A DNA stretch of 64,000 nucleotides from Bacteroidales bacterium (GTDB lineage: Bacteria; Bacteroidota; Bacteroidia; Bacteroidales; DTU049), in contig JAAYOU010000029.1 in NCBI GenBank assembly GCA_012520175.1, forward strand, positions 8,867 to 72,866. The letters are read 5' to 3'. The position numbers were made by a program, and so were the translations under genes. Shown one piece after another: positions 27,383-36,644 of the stretch. Numbering within the stretch: position 1 is the first letter of the stretch; the number at the start of each line of letters is the position of its first letter. The notes beneath the pieces are model-generated. The model saw only the letters and a program-made list of their open reading frames with translations. It did not search any database and was not told where the DNA came from.

Positions 27383-28960
27383 ATGCAAAGACCACAACAA
27401 CCTTTAATTTATTCCATATTAATTGCCTCCAGTTTTGTTTTAGGTTTTTATTTTTCTAAATATTCTCCTAAAAACAACATAAAATCTTCTAACAACAAAA
27501 TAGACGAAGTAATTCAGTATGCTTACGACAATTACGTTGACAGCATAAGCAAAGAAAAACTCACTGAAGATGCTATTGCAGGAATGCTAGAAAGGCTAGA
27601 CCCACATTCTGTATATATTCCAAAAACAGAGGCAGAAGCCATCAACAACCAATTAAGTGGCTCATTCGAAGGCATTGGCATTCAATTCAGAATTGAAAGC
27701 GACACTATTATTGTAATAGACCCTATTGCAAACGGACCGAGTGCAAAAAAAGGAATTATGCCCGGAGACCGCATTGTGAAAGTAGATGGCAAAAATGTTG
27801 CCGGTATAGGAATAAAAAACGAAGATGTAATGAAGTTGCTTAAAGGAAAAAAAGGAACAAAAGTAACTCTAAGCATTCTCAGAAGAGGCGTTGTTGGACT
27901 TAAAGATTTCGTAATCATTAGAGATGTTATTCCGCTAAACAGCTTAGATGCTTCTTTTATGATTGACAAAAACACCGGATATATAAAATTAAACGCTTTT
28001 ACCTCCACTACATACGATGAGTTTTCTGCTGCCATGAATGATTTGCTAAACGTAGGAATGAACAATTTAATTTTAGACCTACGTGATAATGGCGGTGGAT
28101 ATTTAGACCACGCTGTTAATATTTGCGATGATTTCTTAAAAAAAGGAAATGTAATCGTTTACACAAAAGGCAATAATAGAAAAGAAAGATTTTACAGGTC
28201 ACATAGTCATGGCAAATTTGAATATGGTAAAGTTGCTGTGCTAATTGATGAATTTTCCGCTTCTGCAAGCGAAATTGTTGCTGGAGCAATACAAGACAAT
28301 GACAGAGGGTTAATTATCGGGAGACGCTCTTTTGGAAAAGGTCTTGTTCAGGAGCAAAAAGATTTAAGAGACGGCTCTGCATTCAGGCTTACTGTTGCAC
28401 GTTATTACACGCCAAGCGGACGTTGCATACAGCGACCATACCAAAAAGGTTATGAAGAATATTATTTAGATTTTTACAAATCTCTTATGCTGAACGACTC
28501 TACAGCAAAAGAACACAACCTGAAAAAGAACGACTCGCTTGTTTATTACACCACCAAAGGTCGTCCTGTTTATGGCGGCGGAGGAATTATTCCAGACTCG
28601 CTTGTATTGCACGATTTCACTATGTCCATTGGTTTTCAAAATACATTTTTTTCTTCAGGAAAATTATTGGAAGAGGTTTTTCATTTTGCAGATGTAAATC
28701 GAACAGAAATAAAAACTAAATACCAAAACACTTCTGTTTTTGTAAACTCTTTCACAGTGCCAGAATCATTGGTTAATTCAATTTTTTCAAGTTCGGGAAT
28801 AAATATTGCTAACGTAAATCCTCAGGATAAAAAAATTGGCACAATGTTTATAAAAGCATTTTTAGCAAGAGAACTTTATGGCTTAAATGCTTATTTCAAA
28901 ACAATTACACCGCACGACAATATGGTGAAAGTGGCTTTGGGGTATTTTTATGAAAAATAA
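27383..28960 (+). CDS. ctp: S41-family carboxy-terminal processing peptidase
   Basis: PDZ region (GIMPGDRIVKVDG), LDLRDNGGGYL, catalytic Ser context SASASEIVAGAIQD, and GRRSFGKG. The ATG at 27383 is preferred over the track's TTG at 27380. Confidence 0.9.
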   Translation: MQRPQQPLIYSILIASSFVLGFYFSKYSPKNNIKSSNNKIDEVIQYAYDNYVDSISKEKLTEDAIAGMLERLDPHSVYIPKTEAEAINNQLSGSFEGIGIQFRIESDTIIVIDPIANGPSAKKGIMPGDRIVKVDGKNVAGIGIKNEDVMKLLKGKKGTKVTLSILRRGVVGLKDFVIIRDVIPLNSLDASFMIDKNTGYIKLNAFTSTTYDEFSAAMNDLLNVGMNNLILDLRDNGGGYLDHAVNICDDFLKKGNVIVYTKGNNRKERFYRSHSHGKFEYGKVAVLIDEFSASASEIVAGAIQDNDRGLIIGRRSFGKGLVQEQKDLRDGSAFRLTVARYYTPSGRCIQRPYQKGYEEYYLDFYKSLMLNDSTAKEHNLKKNDSLVYYTTKGRPVYGGGGIIPDSLVLHDFTMSIGFQNTFFSSGKLLEEVFHFADVNRTEIKTKYQNTSVFVNSFTVPESLVNSIFSSSGINIANVNPQDKKIGTMFIKAFLARELYGLNAYFKTITPHDNMVKVALGYFYEK

Positions 28961-28968
28961 GAGAGTTT

Positions 28969-29106
28969 GTAGTGCTTAGTGTTGAGTGCTTAGTTTTTAG
29001 TTGGGGCGGCGGGCGCCCGTAATCGCTTGATTATCAGCGACTTATGCAATACATGACTAGAAAGCTGTCGCCACCACACAACTGATTGATTATCAATGTT
29101 TTATAA
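28969..29106 (+). repeat. mosaic intergenic repeat copy (left arm plus two 21-nt cores)
   Basis: gtagtgcttagtgttgagtgcttagtttttagttgg (28969-29004) parallels 32608-32632. Cores at 29027-29047 (ttgattatcagcgacttatgc) and 29086-29106. Confidence 0.75.
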
Positions 29107-29206
29107 AAGTGTTAGTTCATATGCTAAAAATTGTAGCATTTATAAAACTAATTCACATACCATATTCTACAACATTGACAATAAATTGTAATTAACTTCG
29201 TTTTTC

Positions 29207-29236
29207 AGGGAGTTGTTTTTTTCTAACTCCCTTTTT
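29207..29236 (+). terminator. rho-independent terminator-like hairpin
   Basis: agggagtt (29207-29214) / aactccct (29225-29232), then a T-run. It lies downstream of the glyQS-wHTH-ctp unit and only 11 nt before the ATG at 29248. Confidence 0.5.
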
Positions 29237-29247
29237 AAAATAAATAT

Positions 29248-30150
29248 ATGAGATTATTTTGCTTTAGCTGTCTGTTATTTTTATTATTTGCTTGCACCAA
29301 AGAAATAAATATTGAATTGCCTAAGCAAGAGCCAAAAATAGTAGTTAATTCTTTATTTACTAATAAAGAGCCTTTTCAAGTTTATCTTACTAAAACAAGA
29401 ACTCCTTTTGAAACTAAAGAGTTTTTTATTGATAATGCTAAAGTCATTATTTATTCTGGAAATATAGCTGATACTCTTCAATATACGGGTGATGGAATTT
29501 ACACGTCAAGTGTTTTAGGGTTGGCAAATTCTGAATATAGAATAGAAGTAATATCTGATGGTTTTGATAAGGTTACATCTAAAGATTATATTCCTAAGCA
29601 AATAGAGCAACCTATGATAAGTGGTTTTAGAGATAGTGTTGGGGTGGATGAAGAAGGGTATTATTATTCGCAGTTTACTATTGCTTTTAAAGATGATGCA
29701 AGCGAAAGAAACTTCTATGAAATTTCCATTAAAGATTTAGTTTTTGGTGATGAAACATGGGTTAAGCCTTGTTTTTCAAATGACCCCATTATTGTTGCAG
29801 AGGGTTTAAACGATTATTATCCAAAGACAATAGTGTTTTCAGATGCTTTTTTTAATGGAAAAGAAAAGGAGTTAGCAATAAATTATTATCCTGTAGCCTA
29901 TGGCAAACCAAGTGGAGGAAGTGGCGAATTAGTTGATGCTAACTATAAAGTAATTGTTCGTTTTAAAAATATTTCGGAGAATTATTATAAATACAAGAAG
30001 AAGTTAGAAGTTCATTTATCCGGACAAGATTTTGATTTTTGGGAAGGTTCAGGAGATCCTGTGCAAATGTTTTCAAACATTACAGATGGTTATGGCATAT
30101 TTGCAGGCTATACCGAAATAGTAGATACGATACAAAAGTTAAAAAAATAA
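29248..30150 (+). CDS. DUF4249-like lipoprotein (TonB-receptor-associated)
   Basis: Lipobox LLFACT. The size (300 aa) and adjacency to a CarboxypepD_reg-type TonB-dependent receptor fit. The family call is from context memory. Confidence 0.55.
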   Translation: MRLFCFSCLLFLLFACTKEINIELPKQEPKIVVNSLFTNKEPFQVYLTKTRTPFETKEFFIDNAKVIIYSGNIADTLQYTGDGIYTSSVLGLANSEYRIEVISDGFDKVTSKDYIPKQIEQPMISGFRDSVGVDEEGYYYSQFTIAFKDDASERNFYEISIKDLVFGDETWVKPCFSNDPIIVAEGLNDYYPKTIVFSDAFFNGKEKELAINYYPVAYGKPSGGSGELVDANYKVIVRFKNISENYYKYKKKLEVHLSGQDFDFWEGSGDPVQMFSNITDGYGIFAGYTEIVDTIQKLKK

Positions 30151-30267
30151 TCATGAACAAAAAAATCATTTTATTATTCTTTGCCGTTTTGCCAATATTG
30201 CCTATAGGGCAAGAAGCTAAGCGAAATAGATTTATTGAAATTGTTTCATGCTAATTATAATTTTTTT

Positions 30268-32607
30268 ATGAAAAGGCTGTTTTTCTTTTTCTTTATAATT
30301 TATCAAAGTTGTTTGTTTGCTCAAAATATTACTGTTAGCGGTTATATAGAAGATGAACAAACAGGAGAGCGACTAATAGGAGCAAGTGTTTTCGATGCTT
30401 CGTCTAAAACAGGTACAACATCAAATAGCTATGGTTTTTTTAGCATTTCTTTTGCCAAAGGCAGCGTTGTTAACTTACGCTTTTCTTATGTTGGCTATGA
30501 ATCAATAGAAAAAACTTTGATTGTAACAGAAAACAAGCAGCTAAGTATCAAACTTAAGCCTAATTTAATGCTTAATGAAGTTGTGGTTGTTGCTAGCCAA
30601 GATAAGCCTATAGAGCAGAAATTAGAAATGGGCGTTGTTTCCATTCCGATTAAACAAGTTAAGCTACTTCCTGCGTTGGGTGGCGAAAGTGATGTTCTAA
30701 AAGCCATACAATTAATGCCCGGTGTGCAATCGGGAAATGAAGGCACTAGCGGGCTGTATGTTAGAGGTGGTAGCCCTGACCAGAATTTAATGGTGCTAGA
30801 CGATGTGCCTTTGTATTATGTGAATCACTTAGGTAGCTTGGTTTCAATTTTTAATTCTGATGCAATAAGTAACATAAGTCTTATCAAAGGAGGCTTCCCA
30901 GCACGATATGGCAATCGCTTATCTTCTGTTATGGACATAAGAATGAAAGATGGCAATTTAAAAGAATTTAAAGGCAACGCTATGATTGGCATGGTGGCAT
31001 CAAAAATATCTGTTGAAGGTCCAATTAAAAAAGATACTAGTTCTTACATTGTTTCGTTTCGTAGGTTTATGTATGATTTAATCACAAGACCTTTATCTAA
31101 GATTGTTTTTAAAAATGTATCTGCGGGCTACACTTTTTATGATTTTAATGCAAAACTAAATTATAAGTTGTCTGATAAGGATAGGCTGTATTTTAGCGTC
31201 TATTCTGGAAAAGATAAAATGATTACTAAAATTAAAGATAAATCAGATAATAGTAAATACAAGAACATAGCTTCTTTGGGTTGGGGTAATAATTTAGTTG
31301 CTATTAGGTGGAATCACTTATTTAATACAAAGCTGTTTTGCAACAATACGATTTCTTACTCACAATACAAATACAAAACTGGACTTGAAAATATAGAAAA
31401 TATAGGGCAATATGAAGAATCTATATTTAATGGGTTTACTTCCGGAATAAACGATTTATCAATAAAATTTGATTTTGAATACTATCTTTCAAAAAGATAC
31501 AAATTAATTTTTGGTGTCAACAGCATTTATCATACTTTTATTCCTAATAAAGAAAAGTATAGACATAGCATAAATGACTCGTCTATTACAGATACTTTAT
31601 TTGGCAATTATTCATTAAAAGCTCTCGATAATGCTTTTTACGTGGAAAATCTTTTTCAAATTGGGAAAAGTCTTTCTGTAAATGCAGGTGGTCGTCTTTC
31701 TCATTATTACGTAGAAGACACGAACTTTGTTAATTTGGAGCCGCGGATTTTGGTGAATTACCTTGTTGGTGAGAAAAATTCGATAAAAGCATCGTATTCT
31801 CAAATGTTTCAGAACATTCATTTGCTAACAAGTTCTGGAACAGGTGTGCAAACTGATTTATGGCTACCAGCGACAAAAAAAGTAATACCTCAAAAATCTT
31901 CGCAATATTCATTGGGAGCAGCTTCAACTCGAAATATCAATAATCAGACTTACGAAATATCAATAGAGTTTTTTTTCAAGAAACTTCAAAATTTAATTGC
32001 ATATAAAACGGGTGCTAGTATTTATGGTTCTTCTTTTGATTGGCAAGATAAAATAGAAAAAAACGGCAAAGGTGTTTCAAAAGGAATTGAGCTGCTAATT
32101 AATAAGAAAACAGGCAAGACTACAGGCTGGATAGGCTATACATATTCAAAAACAACTCATAAATTTGAAAATATTAATGAAGGTGCTGAATATCTTTTTA
32201 AATATGACAGACCTCATGATATAAGTATTGTTATAATACATAAATTGAATAAAAATATTAATTTTTCATTAACGTGGGTTTATGGGACAGGAAATCCAAT
32301 TACTTTGCCAGTTGGCTCATATTCTATAATGACCGAAATGGGTTTAGGGCAAATATATATTTATGAAGGTATAAATACATTTAGGATGAGGGATTATCAT
32401 AAATTGGATATTGGTTTTAATTTTAGTAAAGAAAAAAAATGGGGCACAAGAACTTGGAATGTGAGTGTTTACAATTTATATAATCGCAAAAATCCTTATT
32501 TTTATTATTTTGAAAGCAAATATTATTATGTTGGCAGCGAAACTGTATTAAAGCAATTAAGCTTGTTTCCAATAATGCCTTCTGTAAGTTATAGTATTAG
32601 TTTTTAG
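30268..32607 (+). CDS. TonB-dependent receptor with N-terminal carboxypeptidase-regulatory-like domain
   Basis: Signal peptide MKRLFFFFFIIYQSCLFAQ. ITVSGYIEDEQTGERLIGASV (CarboxypepD_reg). Plug motifs DVLKAIQLMPGVQSG and GLYVRGGSPDQNLMVLDDVPLY. Terminal F residue. The start is moved to the ATG at 30268. Confidence 0.9.
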   Translation: MKRLFFFFFIIYQSCLFAQNITVSGYIEDEQTGERLIGASVFDASSKTGTTSNSYGFFSISFAKGSVVNLRFSYVGYESIEKTLIVTENKQLSIKLKPNLMLNEVVVVASQDKPIEQKLEMGVVSIPIKQVKLLPALGGESDVLKAIQLMPGVQSGNEGTSGLYVRGGSPDQNLMVLDDVPLYYVNHLGSLVSIFNSDAISNISLIKGGFPARYGNRLSSVMDIRMKDGNLKEFKGNAMIGMVASKISVEGPIKKDTSSYIVSFRRFMYDLITRPLSKIVFKNVSAGYTFYDFNAKLNYKLSDKDRLYFSVYSGKDKMITKIKDKSDNSKYKNIASLGWGNNLVAIRWNHLFNTKLFCNNTISYSQYKYKTGLENIENIGQYEESIFNGFTSGINDLSIKFDFEYYLSKRYKLIFGVNSIYHTFIPNKEKYRHSINDSSITDTLFGNYSLKALDNAFYVENLFQIGKSLSVNAGGRLSHYYVEDTNFVNLEPRILVNYLVGEKNSIKASYSQMFQNIHLLTSSGTGVQTDLWLPATKKVIPQKSSQYSLGAASTRNINNQTYEISIEFFFKKLQNLIAYKTGASIYGSSFDWQDKIEKNGKGVSKGIELLINKKTGKTTGWIGYTYSKTTHKFENINEGAEYLFKYDRPHDISIVIIHKLNKNINFSLTWVYGTGNPITLPVGSYSIMTEMGLGQIYIYEGINTFRMRDYHKLDIGFNFSKEKKWGTRTWNVSVYNLYNRKNPYFYYFESKYYYVGSETVLKQLSLFPIMPSVSYSISF

Positions 32608-32790
32608 TGTTGAGTGTTTAGTTTTTAGTTGGTGCGGCGGGCGCTCATAATCGCTTGATTATCAACGACTTACGCCGCCGCACCCAAAACAACTAAACTA
32701 AACGGTCGCCACTCTGTAACTACTTGTGTATTAGTAATTTATATAAGGCGAACGCTACTCGCTAATTCGCTGAGTATCAACACTTTACGC
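32608..32790 (+). repeat. mosaic intergenic repeat copy: long imperfect hairpin plus two further cores
   Basis: ggtgcggcgg (32631-32640) pairs perfectly with ccgccgcacc (32675-32684). The 34-nt loop carries part of the core at 32655-32675. The flanking arms gtttagtttttagtt / caaaacaactaaactaaac extend the stem imperfectly. Further cores at 32724-32744 and 32770-32790 (46-nt unit 32745-32790). Confidence 0.8.
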
Positions 32791-32828
32791 GAACAACAAA
32801 AAGCAACAACACGTTACACACAAAAAAA

Positions 32829-33032
32829 TTATTTTTTTACTGTGGTATCTACAGCAGCAGAATCGTTGCTTAGGAAAGCATTTGCAGCATCAACACTGGA
32901 GCTAATGGAAGTGTCTTGTTTAATACTATCTTGGAATTTATCCATTTCTTCTTGCTCGCTTTTATTTGCACTTCCGCAAGAACATAAAACAGCCATTGAT
33001 AAGGCTGCGAATAAAAACATTATTTTTTTCAT
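32829..33032 (-). CDS. small lipoprotein (67 aa), unknown function
   Basis: Lipobox MKKIMFLFAALSMAVLCSCG followed by a low-complexity acidic/Ser-rich tail. Confidence 0.5.
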   Translation of the reverse strand: MKKIMFLFAALSMAVLCSCGSANKSEQEEMDKFQDSIKQDTSISSSVDAANAFLSNDSAAVDTTVKK

Positions 33033-33061
33033 TTTTTGGCTTTTTTATTTGAACTTTCTTT

Positions 33062-33850
33062 TTATTTCTTATAGTCTTTCAAAGCTTCTTTAGCTTTAAT
33101 TCTATTTTCTTCATCGTCAAAGAATCCTTTTGGATATTTCATTTTTAACGATTCTAATTTTTTTACAACTGCTGTTGCAATAATATTATTTCTATACCAC
33201 TTGTCATCAGCAGGAACAATCGTCCAAGGAATTTTTGAGCTACATTTTTTGAAGATTTTTTCGTAAACAGCCATATATTTATCCCAACTTCTAGACTCTT
33301 CAATATCAGCAGGATTATATTTCCAATATTTTTCCGGTCTTACCAATCTGCTTTGAAATCTTCTCACTTGCTCATCTCTAGACATGTGCAAATAAAATTT
33401 CATAACATGAGTATTATTATCTATCAGCATTGCCTCAAACGAATTAATATAATCGTATCTGCGTGCGATAATATCAGACTTAAATGTTTTATGCACTTCA
33501 GGCACAAGCACATCTTCGTAATGAGAGCGATTAAAAATATGTATCATTCCTTTTGGCGGAGTGTGTTTGTGCACTCTGCGTAAAAAATCATACGAATATT
33601 CTTCGATTGTAGGCTTTTTAAAGGATTTTACATAAATACTCATTGGATTTAGGTCTCCAAAGACGTGCCTAACAGTGCTGTCTTTTCCAGAAGCATCCAT
33701 TCCTTGCAAGACAATAAGGAGGCTGTTTTTGTTTTCGGCATATAAAACATCTTGCAGCTTCTTCATTTTTTCTATAAGCGCTGCTGTTTCTTTTTTCGTT
33801 GATTCTTCATCAACACTTTTCGGAGCTTTTGTTGAAATTGATTCGAGCAT
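33062..33850 (-). CDS. ppk2: polyphosphate kinase 2 family protein (polyphosphate:nucleotide phosphotransferase)
   Basis: Walker-A-like LQGMDASGKDS, FNRSHYEDVL and the lid region. Confidence 0.9.
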   Translation of the reverse strand: MLESISTKAPKSVDEESTKKETAALIEKMKKLQDVLYAENKNSLLIVLQGMDASGKDSTVRHVFGDLNPMSIYVKSFKKPTIEEYSYDFLRRVHKHTPPKGMIHIFNRSHYEDVLVPEVHKTFKSDIIARRYDYINSFEAMLIDNNTHVMKFYLHMSRDEQVRRFQSRLVRPEKYWKYNPADIEESRSWDKYMAVYEKIFKKCSSKIPWTIVPADDKWYRNNIIATAVVKKLESLKMKYPKGFFDDEENRIKAKEALKDYKK

Positions 33851-33862
33851 ATTATTGTTGTT

Positions 33863-34813
33863 TTAAATTTTAATTTCACTAGTTGTTTTTTCTTTCCCGA
33901 AATAAAGTGCTGCATTTATTTCGAAGCCGATTAGCATTATCATTGAAACAATAAAAATGTAGAGCATTAAAATAAACAAAGCAGAAATTCCTCCATATAT
34001 TTCTTTATATCTTGTAAATTCATTTATAAAAAAATCAAATCCCACAGATGCGATAACTATTAATAAAGCCGCTAGTGCTGTGCCCGGACTAAACAAATAA
34101 AAGCGATGTTTTTTTGCCGGCGCCACAAAATATATAGCTGTTAAAATAACAGAGACAAACAAAAAGAAAAACACATATTTTATAATAAAGACAATGCCTG
34201 TTGACCAAAACGAAGATAAAACATTATTTCCAATAAGCCAAGAAATAACTTTTTGGTTTAAAAAGAACACTGGAACTGAAACAATTACTACTAACAATAA
34301 AATACATACTAGCAAAAGGGCTACAGTAAATTGTTTTAGCAAAGGTCTGTTTTCCTTTACGTGATAAGAATTGTTAAAAATAGCAATGCAAGCACGCATA
34401 CTATTTACAGCAAAATAAAAAGCTACAATTGCTGTAACAGAAATCACGCTTCCGACAGCTCCAGAAGCCACTTCCGACACAGGGTCTGCGATTGATAAAA
34501 ATATTTGCTCTGGCAAAAATGTGCCTAAAATTTCCATCAACAAATATTTGCTTTCATCAGGCAGCAAAAGCGGAATAACTGTATTAACAAGAATTAATGC
34601 AGGAATTGCAGCCATCATAAGTTTAAAAGATAAAGCTGACGCTCTTATTGCTAATACAGAATTTCTAAATCCTTCAATTAATAAATTTAAAACCTCGTTT
34701 ACACTTTTTCCTCCACTACCGGGAAATTTATGTGTTTTCGCATAGAGTAGTAGCTTGTTGTAAACAATTCTTTTTTTTGCTTTTAACCGATTTAAAAATT
34801 TATTTTTAGTCAA
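33863..34813 (-). CDS. YihY/BrkB-family (ribonuclease BN-like) inner-membrane protein
   Basis: About 6 TM segments, with the typical start ..A.ALSF.L.M...PALI. Confidence 0.7.
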   Translation of the reverse strand: MTKNKFLNRLKAKKRIVYNKLLLYAKTHKFPGSGGKSVNEVLNLLIEGFRNSVLAIRASALSFKLMMAAIPALILVNTVIPLLLPDESKYLLMEILGTFLPEQIFLSIADPVSEVASGAVGSVISVTAIVAFYFAVNSMRACIAIFNNSYHVKENRPLLKQFTVALLLVCILLLVVIVSVPVFFLNQKVISWLIGNNVLSSFWSTGIVFIIKYVFFFLFVSVILTAIYFVAPAKKHRFYLFSPGTALAALLIVIASVGFDFFINEFTRYKEIYGGISALFILMLYIFIVSMIMLIGFEINAALYFGKEKTTSEIKI

Positions 34814-35669
34814 TGGCTTTTAAACTTAAATCCAAACTTTTTATATGGTGAGTAAGTGCTCCTGACGAAATATAATCTACACCTGTTTCGGCAAATTCTC
34901 TCAAATTATCAATATTGATGCCTCCGCTAGCTTCTGTTTTCAATCGCCCATCTATAAAAGTAACAGCCTCTTTTAGTTTTTGAGGTGTAAAATTATCCAA
35001 TAGAACTCTATTTGCAATATTTGTGTCTAAAACTTCTTTTAACTCATCCATTGTCCGAACTTCTATTTCTATTTCTAAGTCAAGGCTTTTGTCTTTAAGA
35101 TATTGGGCAGCCTTTGTTAATGCAGCTTTTATTCCTCCGGCAAAATCCACATGATTGTCTTTTATAAGAATCATGTCATAAAGCCCAATTCTATGATTGC
35201 AGCCTCCACCAATTCTTACAGCCATTTTTTCCAACTCTCTAAGCAATGGAGTTGTTTTTCTGGTGTCTAATATTTTTGTATTTGTTCCTTCTAATATTTT
35301 CACCATTTTATTTGTTTGAGTAGCAATTCCACTCAATCTTTGCATAAAATTAAGCACTAGTCGCTCGCATGAAAGCAAGTTTATTACTGGACCTTCTACA
35401 ATAAAAGCAATATCTCCTTTGTTTACCCAATTTCCATCTTGCAAAATCACTTGCATTGATATGTCAGGGTTATAATGGTGGAAAATTTGCCTAGCAAGAC
35501 TAACTCCCGCTAAAGCGCCCTCCTCTTTTACAAACAAAGCCATTTTTCCTCTTTTATCTGCCGGAATTGTACTTAATGAGGTATGATCTCCATTTCCAAT
35601 ATCCTCTATTAAAGCATAATCAATAATTTGATTTATTGTTAGTCCACTATGCATATTATTGTATTTCAA
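34806..35669 (-). CDS. nadC: nicotinate-nucleotide diphosphorylase (carboxylating), quinolinate phosphoribosyltransferase
   Basis: EDIG.GD.T, RKT.P..R..EK.AV..GG...HR.GL.D..LIKDNH, LLDNF and E.SGGI motifs. Confidence 0.93.
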   Translation of the reverse strand: MKYNNMHSGLTINQIIDYALIEDIGNGDHTSLSTIPADKRGKMALFVKEEGALAGVSLARQIFHHYNPDISMQVILQDGNWVNKGDIAFIVEGPVINLLSCERLVLNFMQRLSGIATQTNKMVKILEGTNTKILDTRKTTPLLRELEKMAVRIGGGCNHRIGLYDMILIKDNHVDFAGGIKAALTKAAQYLKDKSLDLEIEIEVRTMDELKEVLDTNIANRVLLDNFTPQKLKEAVTFIDGRLKTEASGGINIDNLREFAETGVDYISSGALTHHIKSLDLSLKAID

Positions 35670-36069
35670 ATTTTAGAATGTGAAGAGTTATTTTATTTTC
35701 TATATTTTGCATAACATAATAAACCTTAAAAACAACATCTCCGGAGACATACGAACCCAAAACATAAAAGTTTGACCCAGAAGTTTTTCCTTCAGAATTT
35801 ATTGTAAATGATGATGGTGGGTATTTTTTGAAAAAATCTTGCATTATTACACCTGCCTGTGTTTTGCTAAAAACGTCTTTTTTCCCTGGCACGCTTAATT
35901 GGATTGTTTGTGCAAAATAAGATGCAAGTTTTGAAGCGTCTCCAGCCTTTATAGCATCTGCAATTACATCATTTACACTATAAAAAGACATTGTATCATG
36001 CTCTTCGTTTGTTGCAGCATGTCCATAAATAGTTCCTAAGCTTAGTAGTATGATAATAAAAATTTTCAT
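35656..36069 (-). CDS. secreted DUF4783-like protein
   Basis: Signal peptide MKIFIIILLSLGTIYGHA when the start is moved to the ATG at 36069. It sits between nadC and rlmH as in many Bacteroidota. The family call is from context memory. Confidence 0.55.
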   Translation of the reverse strand: MKIFIIILLSLGTIYGHAATNEEHDTMSFYSVNDVIADAIKAGDASKLASYFAQTIQLSVPGKKDVFSKTQAGVIMQDFFKKYPPSSFTINSEGKTSGSNFYVLGSYVSGDVVFKVYYVMQNIENKITLHILKFEIQ

Positions 36070-36146
36070 TATTTTGTATTTTGAACTTTTTAAATTCAAA
36101 TTTTGAGCCAAAGATACAATTTTTAAACAGTTATGAATTATTTTTT

Positions 36147-36617
36147 ATGAAAATTACATTAATTTCAGCAGGAAAAACACGTGTCCCGTTTATATCAGAA
36201 GGATTGAAATTCTACGGAACTAAAATAAATAATTATTTTCAGTGGGAAATTATTGAAACGCAAGATTTGAAAGGTATTTCCGACATTAAAAGAATGACCG
36301 AAAGCGAAGGCGAAAAAATTATTAAACATATTCAAGAAAAAGACACAGTAATACTTCTAGACGAAAAAGGCAATCTTTACAACAGTATTGAATTTTCGGA
36401 AAATCTTGAGAAGATTATTCAAAACAGTTCGGTAAAAAAAATTGTATTTGTAATAGCTGGAGCTTATGGAGCTAGCGAGCAATTAAAGAAACGTGCAAAC
36501 TATATTTGGTCTCTTTCGCCACTAACTTTTCCTCATCAACTTGTACGACTTATACTAGTAGAGCAAATTTATAGAGCATTAACTATAATGAAAAAAGAGC
36601 CGTACCATCATATTTAA
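36147..36617 (+). CDS. rlmH: 23S rRNA (pseudouridine1915-N3)-methyltransferase
   Basis: 156 aa SPOUT protein: MKITLISAGKT..., LDEKG...S.EF, F.IAGAYG, SLS.LTFPHQL.R..L.EQ.YRA. The start is moved to 36147. Confidence 0.92.
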   Translation: MKITLISAGKTRVPFISEGLKFYGTKINNYFQWEIIETQDLKGISDIKRMTESEGEKIIKHIQEKDTVILLDEKGNLYNSIEFSENLEKIIQNSSVKKIVFVIAGAYGASEQLKKRANYIWSLSPLTFPHQLVRLILVEQIYRALTIMKKEPYHHI

Positions 36618-36644
36618 AAACTCGTGTTTTCACTGCACTGTGCT

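Noticed and set aside
30039-30267. A 71-aa ORF overlapping the DUF4249 gene end, and an N-terminal extension (MKLFHANYNFF) of the TonB receptor ORF.
   Set aside because: The receptor has a proper signal peptide only from the ATG at 30268. The 71-aa frame overlaps a well-supported CDS and has no recognisable features beyond a short hydrophobic stretch.
36070-36146. Track-derived N-terminal extensions of the DUF4783-like gene (to 36111) and of rlmH (from 36081), which would make the two divergent genes overlap.
   Set aside because: Internal ATGs at 36069 and 36147 give a canonical signal peptide and the canonical MKI..ISAGK RlmH start respectively. I trimmed other track starts by the same logic: 51195 to 51129, 51403 (TTG) to 51412, 52952 (TTG) to 52979, and 27380 (TTG) to 27383.
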